A program made the translations under genes and the position numbers. A stretch of DNA of 64,000 nucleotides, taken from positions 186,001 through 250,000 of the forward strand of contig JASVEC010000018.1 of NCBI GenBank assembly GCA_030770535.1, read 5' to 3'. The DNA comes from Batkoa obscura (taxonomy: Eukaryota). Positions 50,787-63,608 of this stretch are shown piece after piece (position 1 is the first letter of the stretch; each line of letters starts with the position of its first letter). The notes beneath the pieces are model-generated. The model saw nothing but the letters and a program-made list of their open reading frames with translations, made no database searches and had not been told where the DNA came from.

Positions 50787-52639
50787 GGGGCTGTCCTAGT
50801 TGGTTTCAGAATTAGAAACTAATCCAAATTTAAGAATTTTAAATTTGTGTCTAATATGATGGTTAAATCTAAAAAGCCTAAAGTTAGATCTCTCTATTTA
50901 AAGCTTATTTTAATTGTTTCCTTTTTTTGAATAGTTAATTTTCCTAACTATATGTTTTATGTTAGTTCTGTTAGATATATAACAGATATATAATATATAA
51001 CTATATGATTATATAATTATGTAAATACAGTTATTTGACTTTATTTTTTGTTGAAATAAAAATAAAATGCAAACTTTCATAACTAAACTTCGAAATGTAA
51101 TTTTTGAAAATTTCAATATGATAGCGAGGAACACACAATATAAACATTGTAATTCGTTTACATCAATTTTAAAAACTACTTATAACAACCCAAGGTTTAT
51201 GGAATTTTATAATAAAACAAAACAAAGAAAAGATATATTATCAAAGTTTACCATCGATAATAATAAACTTAATCAAGCAATGTATAAAATTAGTGCTTTG
51301 AGGGAAACAGGAAACAAAAATCAACAAGTAGCGTTATTATCAACTATAGCTTCAGTATATTCTTTTGGTGAATGTAAGAGTTTTGGGTTTGATATAAACA
51401 GAAATCAGTATGATTATTCAAAAATAAGTAATAATAATAAAATATCAACATTACAACCTATTATTAAAAATACAAAAAAAATTAAAGATGACCAAATTGA
51501 AACTATCATACAATATTTACTAAATAACTATTTCATCAAGATTTAATAAAAAAATAATGATAGTAAATATTCATCAGATAATATATATATTAAATAAAAG
51601 TAGAAGAATGATATATAGTGTGAAATCTGGTACTCAGGGTTTAGAGTCAAGAACAGCTATTGCTGGGTTGACTACACTATAAGTCGAAAGGTTTTAGTTT
51701 ATGTGACTAAGATAGACTTGAATTATGAAGAATAGCACGTAATATGCCACGGACTATGTAAGACAAATAGAATAGATATACTAATGTAAAATCTACGTAA
51801 AATACTATTAAGGAAACTCAGTGGCTTTATTAAATGTTCGAGATATCAGGGATTAATTCAGTTAAAAAGCCTCGAACTACTATACTCTGTAAACTCTTTT
51901 ATACTCCGACAAGTATGGATATCAAAAGGAGAGGATAATATTCTTTGGGATGAAGTTAGAAATTCTCATAACAAATCAAAATAAGAACATGGGATTGATT
52001 TCCTCTGAACTCGAGAACACAACAGCTTAGGCGATTGTTATGTTATAATTAACCATGGGACTGACAAAGCGATATTTCACACCAGCTTACCTCACGAAGA
52101 TAACAGAAAATTTGAAAATTTCGATATTTACTAAGCAAGTAAGTAGTTTGTTGAATGATAGAAATAGATTGTTAAATGTTAAGATTACTTAAGTTATTAA
52201 TAGTTAAGTTAATAAATAGTCAAAGAACAAGTAGCTGTAATAATATGTAAAAGCTATTATTGCCTGTACTATATAGGGATGGTTAGTTATAGTTTTAGGG
52301 CTAACCGCTCCATCCCATGCAGCTACTTATTAACGGCAATATATTAATAATGTAATTATAACATTAAAATAGTATTTATTTGATAACAAATTTGCAATAT
52401 CGGTTATAAAGCAGTTGATAATAAATATTTCTCAATAAAGTTTTATAAGAATATGTATTTAAGATCTAGTAGAAATTCAACTAACTTATAGTATAAACTA
52501 TAATAGAATGATTTAGATCTGTGTCTGGGTACTTTTATTTTAATAAAAAATTTGATTTTATAGAATTTTAAGCGAAGTTTTTAGAATACAAAATTTTTCA
52601 AAAATTGGATAAAATAATGAAACTAATTCAGACAACCTC
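50787..52639 (+). mobile_element. Sola-like transposon copy 2: both TIRs, ATAT TSD, catalytic core deleted
   Basis: ATAT|GGGGCTGTCCTAGTTGGTTTC ... GAAACTAATTCAGACAACCTC|ATAT; ORF 51067-51546 is a close paralog of 7555-8163. Confidence 0.9.
51619..52081 (-). mobile_element. Solo LTR family L (inverted) replacing the transposase core
   Basis: TGTGAAATCTGG...GATATTTCACA; flanks ATAG/CCAG do not match each other and correspond to positions ~8219 and ~9168 of copy 1. Confidence 0.88.
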
Positions 52640-52644
52640 ATATA

Positions 52645-52735
52645 GAGATGTATTTTTTAATAATTTTACCACAATCTTTCCGCTCAATAGTGCTTAAAAA
52701 TAGAAAAAGTGATGAAACCAAAAAAATATACAAAT
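52645..52735. mobile_element. Degenerate MITE-M abutting the transposon right end
   Basis: GAGATGTATTTTTT...TTTCCGCTCAATAGTGCTTAAAAA...GATGAAACCAAAAAAA. Confidence 0.75.
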
Positions 52736-53037
52736 ATGTATATAAACTTACAATATTGAAGGATTTATTTTTATATAATACTTAAAGTATAAATAGACTT
52801 TTTTTTTAATTAATTTTGAATTTCCAATAGCTGCAAAAAGGTACGTTTTTGTTAAAATTTTAGAATTTATCAAACAAAACAAAATGCTATAATGAAGATG
52901 CAGACCGGAGCTTTCATCACATAGGTTGTAATGTTTCATTAAGGCCTCAGGGCTTAATATTCATTTAACTTAATAGGGTACTTCATAATCAGAATTTTCT
53001 AATAAAAATCACCTTTAAAATCAAAAAAGAAGAATAT

Positions 53038-53135
53038 GGGGGTGTCTTTTTTGGTTTTATCGCTTTTTCTATCCTTTAAGTGCTATTTGAGTGGAAAAAT
53101 TGTTAGTAAATTCTTAAACATAAAAATACATCCCC
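53038..53135. mobile_element. MITE family M, TSD ATAT
   Basis: GGGGGTGT...ACATCCCC. Confidence 0.9.
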
Positions 53136-53480
53136 ATATACAAATATTATTTGTAAAAAAAAAGTTATATATTGATATGGTTTTTATTTTTGTAACTATT
53201 TTTCTGAGTTATTTTAGATAAAAACTCTCCAGAACCCCTATATATTATAATGTATAAAAATGAAGCAGTATAATCTTCTCGATGACTTACATCCAATCAC
53301 TTAAAAAAATAACAGGTGAGTATGAACAATCCCATTTCAAATAAAGTTTATTAAGCAAAAGGTAGAAATTAGCGAGTATACAATTAATTTGATATTGAAC
53401 AAGCAGTGCTCCTGTTTAAATCAGGTTACTTTTTAATAATAGAATTAATTTTTTACTTTAGTTAAAATAGAAATGATAAG

Positions 53481-56292
53481 CTACTCTAAAGGAATCATAG
53501 GGGGTACTTCGTCAAACTCTTGGTCACTATCTCCACTCTCTTGTTCAATTTGTTCAGAATTATTATTTGATTGACTATTGTCCTGATCGTTTTTTTGCAT
53601 TGAATTATCCGTTCCCTTGTTAAATTTATCAAACGCTCCTTGGGCCCATGGGTTTCTTGGTAAAGTTGGTTCTGAAATTGTTGTGGGTGTGCTATCCAAC
53701 CTTCTACTAGTATCTCCAAATGTATTTACTGTAGTATTTTGTGAAGTAGTATTAAAATCTTGACTTGGGCTAACATGCTCATCATTAACTATAGGCTGGA
53801 TATTTGCTGGTTGGTCATCACTACGATGTCTGGGATTATGTTGATCGTTGTGATGCATTCTATTAATAAGATTCGGGTTATTCATATTTAAATCTGTTTC
53901 GCCTAAAGATTCTGTAAGCACAGAAGCAACACTAGCTAAATGCTTCTGCATACGCCATAGTAAATCCAATCTCTTGGCGACCGCATCTCTAGTGTGGCTA
54001 TCTAACACCTTGATTTCTTCACTGGTTAATGGCTCTGGTGGTAGTAGAACATCTGGAATCCCATGGCGGCCTGATCTACCAAACCAGGGCTCATCTAATG
54101 GAATCAGCTCAGGTAAATTGTCAACGTTGATACTTTGCTCTAACTCTGTGTTATTCAAGAAACTTTGTAAATTTTGGTTGGTCTGGAAAACAAATTAGTA
54201 CTATTTAACCAAACTATTATTAAAACCTTACTCTGCCATTAACATCGCTTGCAGTACCACTGTTTAAGTTTGAACTAGATCTAAAAATATTGCTTGATGA
54301 TTGTGTATGCTCAGAATATGCATTAGGTCTATTAGTTGATGGAATACTAGGTGTTGAAATTGATGGAACATTAGGAATTGAGTTCGATCCAGTATTAACA
54401 TTTTGCGAAGAATTCCATCTTAAATCTTCAAGGATACTTTCGACATCAACATGCCTTCTCGAATCTCTAGTATCTGTATCCATTTGACTTAAGAATGTAT
54501 TTGTTTGCATATTAGAGCTAGCTGCGTTGCTATTGGGCGTATTTGACGTCATGTTTACTGCATTCGAAGAGACTTGACTCGTTGATTGTGGAAAAAAGTC
54601 ATTTCCTCTAATTGGGTGCTGAGATGGATTTATGCTTGTACCTTGGTAAGTTGATTGCTCCGAGTTTGTGGAGCTATTGTTTCCAAAAGCCTGTGTAGCT
54701 CTTGAAGATGATTGTTGAGGAAACGAAGTATAAATCCCACTTGATTCAGCATGTTGACTATTTGAATTATTTTGGCTTGAAAATCTATTTCTAAGCGTTG
54801 AACTACTAGTAGGTTGATTGCCATAATTATTATTAAATCTCAATTCATCATTGGTAGGGATAAATGGATTGCCCCTAACCGGTGGATCAGGGTAATGTAT
54901 AGAATCTTCAACTAAATCTCTAAAGTTGTTTTGATTGGGACTTGATGATGGATCAATATAATCCTCAGGTGCTGGTGGTGTTGGCGGAGGAGGGGGGGTA
55001 GGAGGTTGTGGTGGATTGTTTCTGTTGGAGTCATTTAAAACAGGTGAACGACATGTTGGACAAGATTGTTGTCTTTCAAGCCACGAGCGTAAACAACTAA
55101 AGTGAAATACATGTCCACAAGGAAGCTTTTTAGGAATATCTGACGATCCTTCATTCCTTCCCTCTCTTTGAACATTAGTATTGTCTCGATGAACCATTTC
55201 TTCTCTACAAATAATACATGTAGGATCCGACATTCTACTCAATTCTTCTGGAGTAGCGTCTGGGTAACGTTCATTCATGTTGCGAGTAGCTTGACGATAC
55301 CTTATCAAATCACGGCATTTCTGTAAAAATGATCTCAAAGTCACGTATATATCACGCAAAATATGAAGTGGGATTCCAAATTGAATAAGAACAATACCAA
55401 AGAATATAATGTAAATTAACAATTTTATAAAATCTATTTAAAAAATTAATTATAATAAATTTTTACTTTAAGGGCTTACCTATGATAAGTTCAAGGTAGA
55501 AAATATACAAAGACTTGTTTTCCCAAGTCTCTTCAGTTCTAGAATCAATAACATGTAATACATATTTTGAATAAGTTGCCAAAACAGCAGCTGCTAGAAT
55601 AGCATACTAAATACAAGTTAATAAATTACAACGAATAAGTAAAATAGTAACCTCAAATCCAAAAACAATTAACATAGTAGGGCCTATAGTGAGGGTGTTA
55701 TCCACAGTATAAAGAACGAAAAGAAGGTCAGTGATCAATAAATTGATCATTAAAACTGTCATGCGAATATGAAAATGAAAAGGCAAAGTTGCAGACTGTT
55801 CCATCTATTAAAACATTAGTTAGAGAAAATGAGAAATAACTAAACTTACAAAATCTACTCGATCCTGACACAGCCAGTGAAAAATTTTAACAAATAATAA
55901 TGAAATAAATAAAACCACAAATTGAGAATCAAATTCATCCCTAAATATAGTCATAGCTAAACATGTTTCAGTCACAGCAAACCATGATCTCTCATACAAA
56001 TGTTCAACTTCAATTGCTCTTAATGGCCCAAAAAAGATTGCTTGTAACAATTTTCCCAACATTAAAGTAGTAAAGATACCAAAATTTAATAAGATCTAAG
56101 ATAAGAAAATATTAGTTAATTTTCATTTATATAAAAGATTTTATTTTTGATTATTAAATTTACCAATAGTGATGGTGAAGACTGTGATAGTTGAATAGCT
56201 GATGTATAAAAGTTGGACCTTTGGGAAAAAGTTGAGTATAGAACAAAAGCGGTAAGCGCAGTGCTTATACCACCATAAACAGCTAACCTCAT
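53481..56292 (-). CDS. HRD1: ERAD E3 ubiquitin ligase Hrd1/synoviolin (6 exons)
   Basis: MRLAVYGG start, IFFGPLRAIEVEHLYERSWFAVTETCLAMTIFRDEF, WENKS.YIFYLEL, RING-H2 CIICREEM...KKLPCGHVFHFSCLRSWLERQQSCPTCR. Confidence 0.96.
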
Positions 56293-56522
56293 CTTTATAT
56301 AATTTTGAGAAGCAGTTTAAACTAGTTTTTAGCTTTTTATGATATTTGCTTTTGAGTGTGATTAAAAAGATGCTAGTTTACTGGTCTTATTTTTGGTTTC
56401 ATACTTTCTTAGTCCCTTTTTCAACCAATTATTTGCTTCAAACTCATTCAACTTCTTTTAGAGTGAGGTAATCACACTAACATTACTTTGTATGGCTGAA
56501 ATAAAAATAAATTCAAATAATA

Positions 56523-57360
56523 TGGGGTGTTTATTTAATTTCATTGCTTTTTCCATTTTTGATTGGTCTTAGATGTAAAAAATACTTATAATTTCTTAAA
56601 CAAAAAAAGACATCCATACAAAAATAAATTGTAGTCATATAAAGCCGAGCCATTTTAATTTAAACATATTTTTAAAATTCCATATAAAAGTACCTTAAAA
56701 ATTGGGCTTTGTTTTTTATTTTGATGAACCAAGGATGCTAGCATCAAGGCTCACCTAACTCTACTTATAATGACTTTTATTAAACGAAATATTTTGTTAT
56801 AAAATTCATTAGATTTTCTAAATAAAAAACCAATGATAAATAATGATAAACATATTTTTATGCAAATAGCACTTCTATTAAACTGCTTTCATAGTTCATG
56901 CAACTATAACGAGTTACGAAGCATTTTAAAGTTTTGACCCTTATACTAAGATCATGAACCTACATTACCACCAAAATTCTTAAACAAAAAATACATTCTC
57001 AATATTCCTTTACAGATTTTTAATCTTTCCACTCAAATAGCGCTTAAGAAAAGGAAAAAGTGATGAAACCAAAAAACACCTCCACATAAACAAATAAACA
57101 AATAAAGATATAATAAAATATAAAAGTATAGCCTAAATATTTATTAAACATCCTTAGGCCTTATATATGTAATAATTCTAAAAAATAGTATAGGAAATAT
57201 CGAAAATTCCAATATAGTTAGCTATGTCACTTATGTCAATTTCAGTTTAAACAATAAACAAATGGGGATGTTTTTTTTGATTTCATTATTTTACATCTTT
57301 TAAGCGTTATTTAAGTGAAAAAATTGCTAGTAAAATTCTTAAATACAAAAATACATCCCC
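56523..57360. mobile_element. Three MITE-M copies (degenerate 56523-56616, rearranged ~56972-57084, intact 57264-57360 with TSD AAAT)
   Basis: Shared termini and core; AAAT on both sides of the last copy. Confidence 0.8.
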
Positions 57361-57499
57361 AAATGTTTAATTACATTTTGGTTACAAAGCAAAGTATCTA
57401 TAAGTTAAATCAAACAAAAATGATAAGTAATGATTGAAGTATTATTTTATTATATTAGTCTAGAAATGAAAATGATAAATTAACTATACAATACTGAAA

Positions 57500-59140
57500 C
57501 TAGTCTAAAATCTTATTTTGATTCAATTCCAACTCCAACTCATTCTTAAACTGTGTTTCAGATAATACATTTTCAAGTTTAGTTCCTAATACTGAATCTT
57601 TATATATAAACTCCATCGTTGATCCTGAATTGTATTTTTCTTTATCATTATCATTACCATCAAACTTCAATTTTAAAAAATTATCACTTTCAAAATAGGC
57701 ATCATTGTTCTCATCATACTTATCTCCAACAATAACAGCCTCTTTGACCTCTTCATCACTGCTACCTTGAGCCTCATCTTTCATAAAATAGTCATTTTTC
57801 CTCGAAATAGTTTCAATTATAGATGGAGGCTCAATATTAAAGTTAAACTCTTTAATGTTGAGGTCTTCAGAAATATTAATTTCATCTTTAAGCATTGTAG
57901 ATTGGGAGTAACTTTTTGTAAGTATCGATTCTCGGTTCAAAGAAGACTGTATCCCCATTTCAGCTTCGAAATCGCTATTTAAATTTAATATACTGACTGA
58001 CGTAAGAGTTTGAACCTGCTCAAAATTCTGCTCAAAAACTATTTCATTTTGGTCAATAGATAATACTTCAGGAGAAGGGAGGCTAGGATGAGTATCATCT
58101 AACGAATTTGTCGTGTTTATAATTTCAAGAGAGGATGATTGATACATCTCTCTTATCCAACCAGCGATAAGAATACCAACAACTGCAATTGAAATCAATG
58201 CTAGACACCACAGAACTGAGATGATATCAACCAAAACACCGATTTTTGGTGCTGAAGGCATCATGTTTCTTAAAGAATTTACATTAAATAATAAACTTAG
58301 TCCTAAATTTAAATCTGGTAATAAAAAATCTCTCTTAAAAACAACAATACGTAAAGCCAGAAGAAAATAACTAATGGCAAAACCCCATAGTATAAACATA
58401 CATAACATGGTAATGATAATTGTTGTAGCTGAACGCTGTATTACTAGTGTAGCTTTATTATTTGCTATAACCACTTTAGAACGAAATAGTAAGATGGAAG
58501 AGTCCAAATAATAATAAACTGGGACAGTTTGATTATTAGATAACACAGCTTTTGATTTCAAAGGGTAAGTATATTTATCAAAAGGATAAAAAAGGCTGGT
58601 GCCAGAATGGAATTTAAAGTTGTTGTTTTTAGCATTAAACTCGTAGATGAAGAATTCTTTACCATCATATTCAATTTCAGCTTGTTCATCAAATGAGAAT
58701 TTTAGATTATTCATTTTGATTGACTTCATCAACTTGTCACCAATCCCAAAATCAATAAACACCGTGGCTGCTTTACTTTTTATATTAATCTTTCGTATCC
58801 TTATCTTGCCATAGATCCCATTTTCAAACTTCGCTTCAGGCTCCATGGTTTTGATATCTGTCCTTTGCCATTTGTAATGTAATGTGATCAAGGCGATAAA
58901 TAAACTTAAGAAAAAACAAATGATCAAAGCTATACTCAGATAACGTCCTTTCTTAGTCCTTAAACACTTTACTTTTCTTATGTCTATCTCTTCTTCTCCT
59001 ACCTCATATAATAATGGTGTTGTGTCTAATACGTTTTCTGGCGAGTTGTTTTGGCTTATCAGAGAAGCCAGCGAATCTAAATCGGCAGCGTCCTGCTGTG
59101 CCTCTGGGGATAGAAAAGGTCGTAGCCTATCCTCATCCAT
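57500..59140 (-). CDS. DUF4436-like membrane protein with acidic C-terminal tail
   Basis: N-terminal TM helix, beta-rich domain with YPFDKY, IQRS followed by three TM helices with LRNMMPSAPKIGVLVD; intronless. Confidence 0.7.
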   Translation of the reverse strand: MDEDRLRPFLSPEAQQDAADLDSLASLISQNNSPENVLDTTPLLYEVGEEEIDIRKVKCLRTKKGRYLSIALIICFFLSLFIALITLHYKWQRTDIKTMEPEAKFENGIYGKIRIRKINIKSKAATVFIDFGIGDKLMKSIKMNNLKFSFDEQAEIEYDGKEFFIYEFNAKNNNFKFHSGTSLFYPFDKYTYPLKSKAVLSNNQTVPVYYYLDSSILLFRSKVVIANNKATLVIQRSATTIIITMLCMFILWGFAISYFLLALRIVVFKRDFLLPDLNLGLSLLFNVNSLRNMMPSAPKIGVLVDIISVLWCLALISIAVVGILIAGWIREMYQSSSLEIINTTNSLDDTHPSLPSPEVLSIDQNEIVFEQNFEQVQTLTSVSILNLNSDFEAEMGIQSSLNRESILTKSYSQSTMLKDEINISEDLNIKEFNFNIEPPSIIETISRKNDYFMKDEAQGSSDEEVKEAVIVGDKYDENNDAYFESDNFLKLKFDGNDNDKEKYNSGSTMEFIYKDSVLGTKLENVLSETQFKNELELELNQNKILD

Positions 59141-59699
59141 TTAAGTATTCATTAAATAAAAATAATTAACAGTCAATTTTCAAACTTTGCTTTTATTGTT
59201 TATGAACTTCCTTTTAAAGTAATTCATTAATTTTATCAATTTATTAATGTTCAGTTTCGAACCAGAGTGCTAAAGAACATTAAATTTTAATTAAATGATT
59301 TCTAGATTAATTAATTACGTGTATTCATTTTCGAGAATAAGATAATTATAAAATAAAAAATGAACAAAGAAAGTTAAGACCAAAGCGATTATTCAATAAT
59401 ACCTCTACTGCATATTTTCTAAATGACTGAGCATACACTTTATTTTATTAAATTTTTTAAAATATCTTTAAGTAAAATACTATTGACTTATAAAAATAAT
59501 CCTGCTTTAATAGTGTCTTTATTGGCAATAAACTAAAATTGGAAAAGCATTGAAAATGATTAAATAGCATTTAAAATTCATTACATCAAAAGATAATTTA
59601 GCAAGATTAGCAATTAATATTGAAATTATCACCGATTATTTATTATATTATAATATCTAAAAATCGGACAATTACTATTTTGATCATGTCGACATATTG

Positions 59700-61907
59700 T
59701 ACAATATTTATATCAAGTTAAATTGAAAACCCTGATAAGCGGAGCCTTAAAACTAACTATAAACACTAAACCAATACTGATAATTATAGTCATTCAAAAG
59801 CCAGACTTAATTACAAAAAAGTTTATTATTTTCTAACATCATGTCTTAACCTCATAAATCAAAAACAGTACGACAACTAAAAGCATAGCTAAAAACAAGG
59901 TTAGCATCTGCGACCAAAAATAGAAAAAACTTACTAATAGATTTTACAGTAATATAGGGCTTTTGAAAAACAATCTGATGCTCCCCTAACTTTCCATAAA
60001 ATAAAGTCCCCTCATTTGAGAGTGAAACTAAATAATATATAAGTAAATAAAAAGCAAAATTAAATCTCCTACCTAGCATTGTGTACTCTTCTAAATCCCA
60101 TAATGAATACGCCAATATTTCCTTTGACGAAGTAGTTCTACCAATATACTTAAACCTTTTCAACCCTTTACTTTTCGCCCCATAAAACGAGTGAATTTTA
60201 CTTTCACCAACATATGCTGAACTACGTCTCAATCCTAATCAAGTTAAATTCATTTAACAAAAATAACAATATATATACCATTAAGATTTGAAAATATTAA
60301 AAACTGACTATCCTGGGTTTGAATAACAACAAACGTGCGATTATCATTGACCTTGATCATCTTGCTTGATGAAGCAAAATAAAGGTTCCAATCATGCGAT
60401 GTATCTGGCTCGAGCGTGTCATCATCAATAAATGAGGTACGTAGGCTTGTACCATACAAATAGTTGTTTATCATTAATACTTTATTACTATTATCTAATT
60501 CAATCAAATTGCGATAAAATGGGATTGTTATATATGTCTTATCATAGTCCACATAGTATTTTATATCAGGCAAATGTTCTCGATTTAATAAGGAAAAATA
60601 GACGCTTTTACTATTTGGATTAAATCCTGAATTGTAATATTCATTATATTCATGAGTAAGCTTATTAACTATCTATAATTTAAAAGTGAATTAGAATATT
60701 TGAAAACTGATTTAAATTTACGCTAATATCGTTTTCTTTCCAATTAAATCTATTTTCAACGATAGTACATTGCTGTTCAAATACATTTCGTTTTTTTGTT
60801 TGATACACGGTGAGGTCTTTGTAATTCCATATGTATAAAAAAGTAGCTAAAGTTTGTTCTTTGATTGTTAGGTAACTTTCCAAAATAGAAAGGCCATCAC
60901 TAAAAAGCAAGAAATTAATCCAATACTATAAACTTATTATACAATACTGTTTACCCTTTAGATTCACTTAAAAAGATATAATTTATTTTTGAATAAGCAG
61001 CCTGTTTTAAATTAACTGATTTTGATTTAAACCTTCTGGTACTAGGAGGCCCAATGATAACCCGATTAAACCTTTGCTTTATACCATTTTTACCTTTGAA
61101 TGTTTTATCCATTTCAACAACATAAAACAACTTTTCATCATTTTTTCTAATTCCATTACTTAATGTTATACCTCAATTTGAAAACTCTTACCTAGAATAA
61201 ATGACTTTTCCATTCACGATATTTAATGCTTGCGTTGACCCATATCCCGGTAGCTCATACTCTCGATATTTAAATCGATTGTCTATTACTGCTCATAGTT
61301 GGTAAAAACGATAAATCTTTATAAACATTATTTATTAATCTTACCTTCAAAGGCATTTAAATAATAATTTCTCAAAACCGTTTTTATACTAAACTCTTTT
61401 CTAATTTCATACTGTACAGTAATAATGGAATTCTTTTCATCATGAAATGCATTTATAAATACCCCAGGTAATTTATGCTTTAGACAATAACTCCAATTTG
61501 AGGTATTTGTATTTTCTAAGATGAAACAATTAACCGAAGAATTACTATTTTAACTTTACTCACCTTGAATCTCCCTTGGATCAAATGTTTCTTCTTTACT
61601 TCTAAAGTAAACAATTCCTAAAATTAGACGGTTTGTTAGCGTGGCTAAAGTTTAGAATTAATTACCTACCGTTTGAATAACCATCAACTAAGCTGCTACT
61701 ATCATCCCCAACCGAAAAATAGGCTATCTTTTTCTTAAATTCAAATAAAAATGTTTTTGAGTTCTCTGGTAATCTAAAATCCTCTATTTTATCCCTCCTT
61801 AATAGGTAATAATTTTCATTATCTATCTCGTTCCCTCCTAATTTCATAATTATAAATATAAATCCGAGTCCCAATAGGCCCATGATTAGAGCTGAACGAA
61901 AACCCAT
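59700..61907 (-). CDS. Multi-exon hypothetical protein with N-terminal signal anchor; 3' end approximate
   Basis: Series of minus-strand ORF fragments (61662-61907, 60680-60910, 60250-60573, 59852-60232) separated by short GT-AG introns; no family recognised. Confidence 0.6.
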
Positions 61908-62553
61908 TCTTGTCTCTGATATTTAAGTGTAAAATAGAAAGAGTTTTTGGTTTGTTTTTAAGTATTATATTCTTTAAAATATGACCTCATGAGCCTTTAA
62001 GCCACTTATATAATTGGTAAGTAATAGGTGAGAAGGAAAGGTTTTGAATAGAGTTATACAGTTAGTGCTGTGATGTTATTGTATATATTTTAAATATATA
62101 CAATACTTCAAATTAAATTAAATCAAATTGAATTACAAAATAGCTTTTAAGACAAGTAATTCTGTCAATTATAATATTTTCTAAATAAGATTTAATGTCA
62201 TGAACATTCATGATATTGTATAATAAAGTTAAAACCTTTCAATCACCATTCAAACAAAAAAACTTTTCAAACAAAAAAACTTTTCAAATAATATTTATGA
62301 TATTGTGTTTCAAGGTTCCTTTTATGTAGTACTTTAATTTAATTATTAAAGTTTTGACTTATCAAAAATGATTGTTCTAACAGTTTTTAGTCTATATTTC
62401 AATAACAATTAACAAATACCATTAAAAAGGTATCAAATTTAAATATTTATTTTTTTATCAGAGCATTGGAAATATTAATATCTTAAAGTTATGACTTTCT
62501 AAAGATATCAAAACTTCAGTTTAGGTGTTTCCATTGAACTAGTTATTAAGCCA

Positions 62554-63358
62554 TTACAGGTCAGCAAAGAACTTATCTTTTAATAACACCAAGATAATCA
62601 TCTAACATGGATCCAATAGCAACCTAAAAAATTCCAGAATCTTAACAATAAATAATCCAAAAATTTACCACCGCATTTGCATCAACTCTAGTAGATATAA
62701 TTTTAACTCGGATAGCTGTATCTTTGCCAATAACCTTATTTATAATAAAAAATATTATTTTCGATATATTTTAAAACTTTACTTGATCCTCAAAACTAAA
62801 ACAGTTATTTATCCCTGCAGAATCATGAGTAAATCTCGAGGGTATATTCTATTTACATAGTTAATTTATCAAACAAAACTTTGTAATTAAAGTTTACTAT
62901 TTTTGAAATAAAAATACTCAATGGTCCGCACATTGCAAAGAACCCTTGCTATTCATATTATTAAATCAAAGTTTAAAAAACTACTAGTCTATCTTACTGA
63001 GTTCACACTTGCAACCACCGCATCGACCACTTCTCCTTTCATAGGTTTTAAAACAATGGCATTATATTTGACATCAAACTCAGCAAGCCCATTTCCTGGT
63101 ATAATTTTACCACTCGAAATCTCAGCCAAACTTACCACACATATTATATACCCATAAAGTCCAGAGCATTTCCCTTCCACATCATTATGTACTTTTTCTT
63201 GAATTTGGCTTCTTAATGTTGTGCCAAAGAAAGAGGGATGTAGTTGAATGGTGTGGGATAATTGTTTCTAGGTTATTAATATTAATTTAAATCAGCCATA
63301 AACGGAGTCCGTATTATTTTTTGCGTCTTTTGTTGTGCTTGCTTACCAAATAAAACAT
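62554..63358 (-). CDS. RPB7: RNA polymerase II subunit Rpb7 (6 exons)
   Basis: MFYL / IQLHPSFFG...VEGKCSGLYGYII / KPMKGEVVDAVV / GFFAMCGPL.IFIS / IRVKIISTRVDA / AIGSMLDDYLG. Confidence 0.93.
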
Positions 63359-63608
63359 TTTAAATAAAATTTGAAAAAAATGAAATTAGAGATCACAAAC
63401 TATATTTTTAGTACTACAAGTCAACCAATTAAATTCATTCTGAGAAGTTCAAATAAATAACAATTCATCACCACACTGCTATTAGACAGTAACAATTTTT
63501 AGTATTTAAAAATAGATAGTTACGTTAATAATTAAAATAATAAAATCAAAAGTGATAAAAGTTTAATATATTTTTTGAAATATCTACTATTTAAAATAGA
63601 ACAATAAC

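Noticed and set aside
51575..51595. 2-bp TSD for the MITE implied by the empty site in transposon copy 2
   Set aside because: The site is an (AT)n run prone to slippage; cleaner sites (26303, 35127, 57264) show 4 bp
53036..53221. 61-aa hydrophobic ORF
   Set aside because: Starts in and largely consists of a MITE copy
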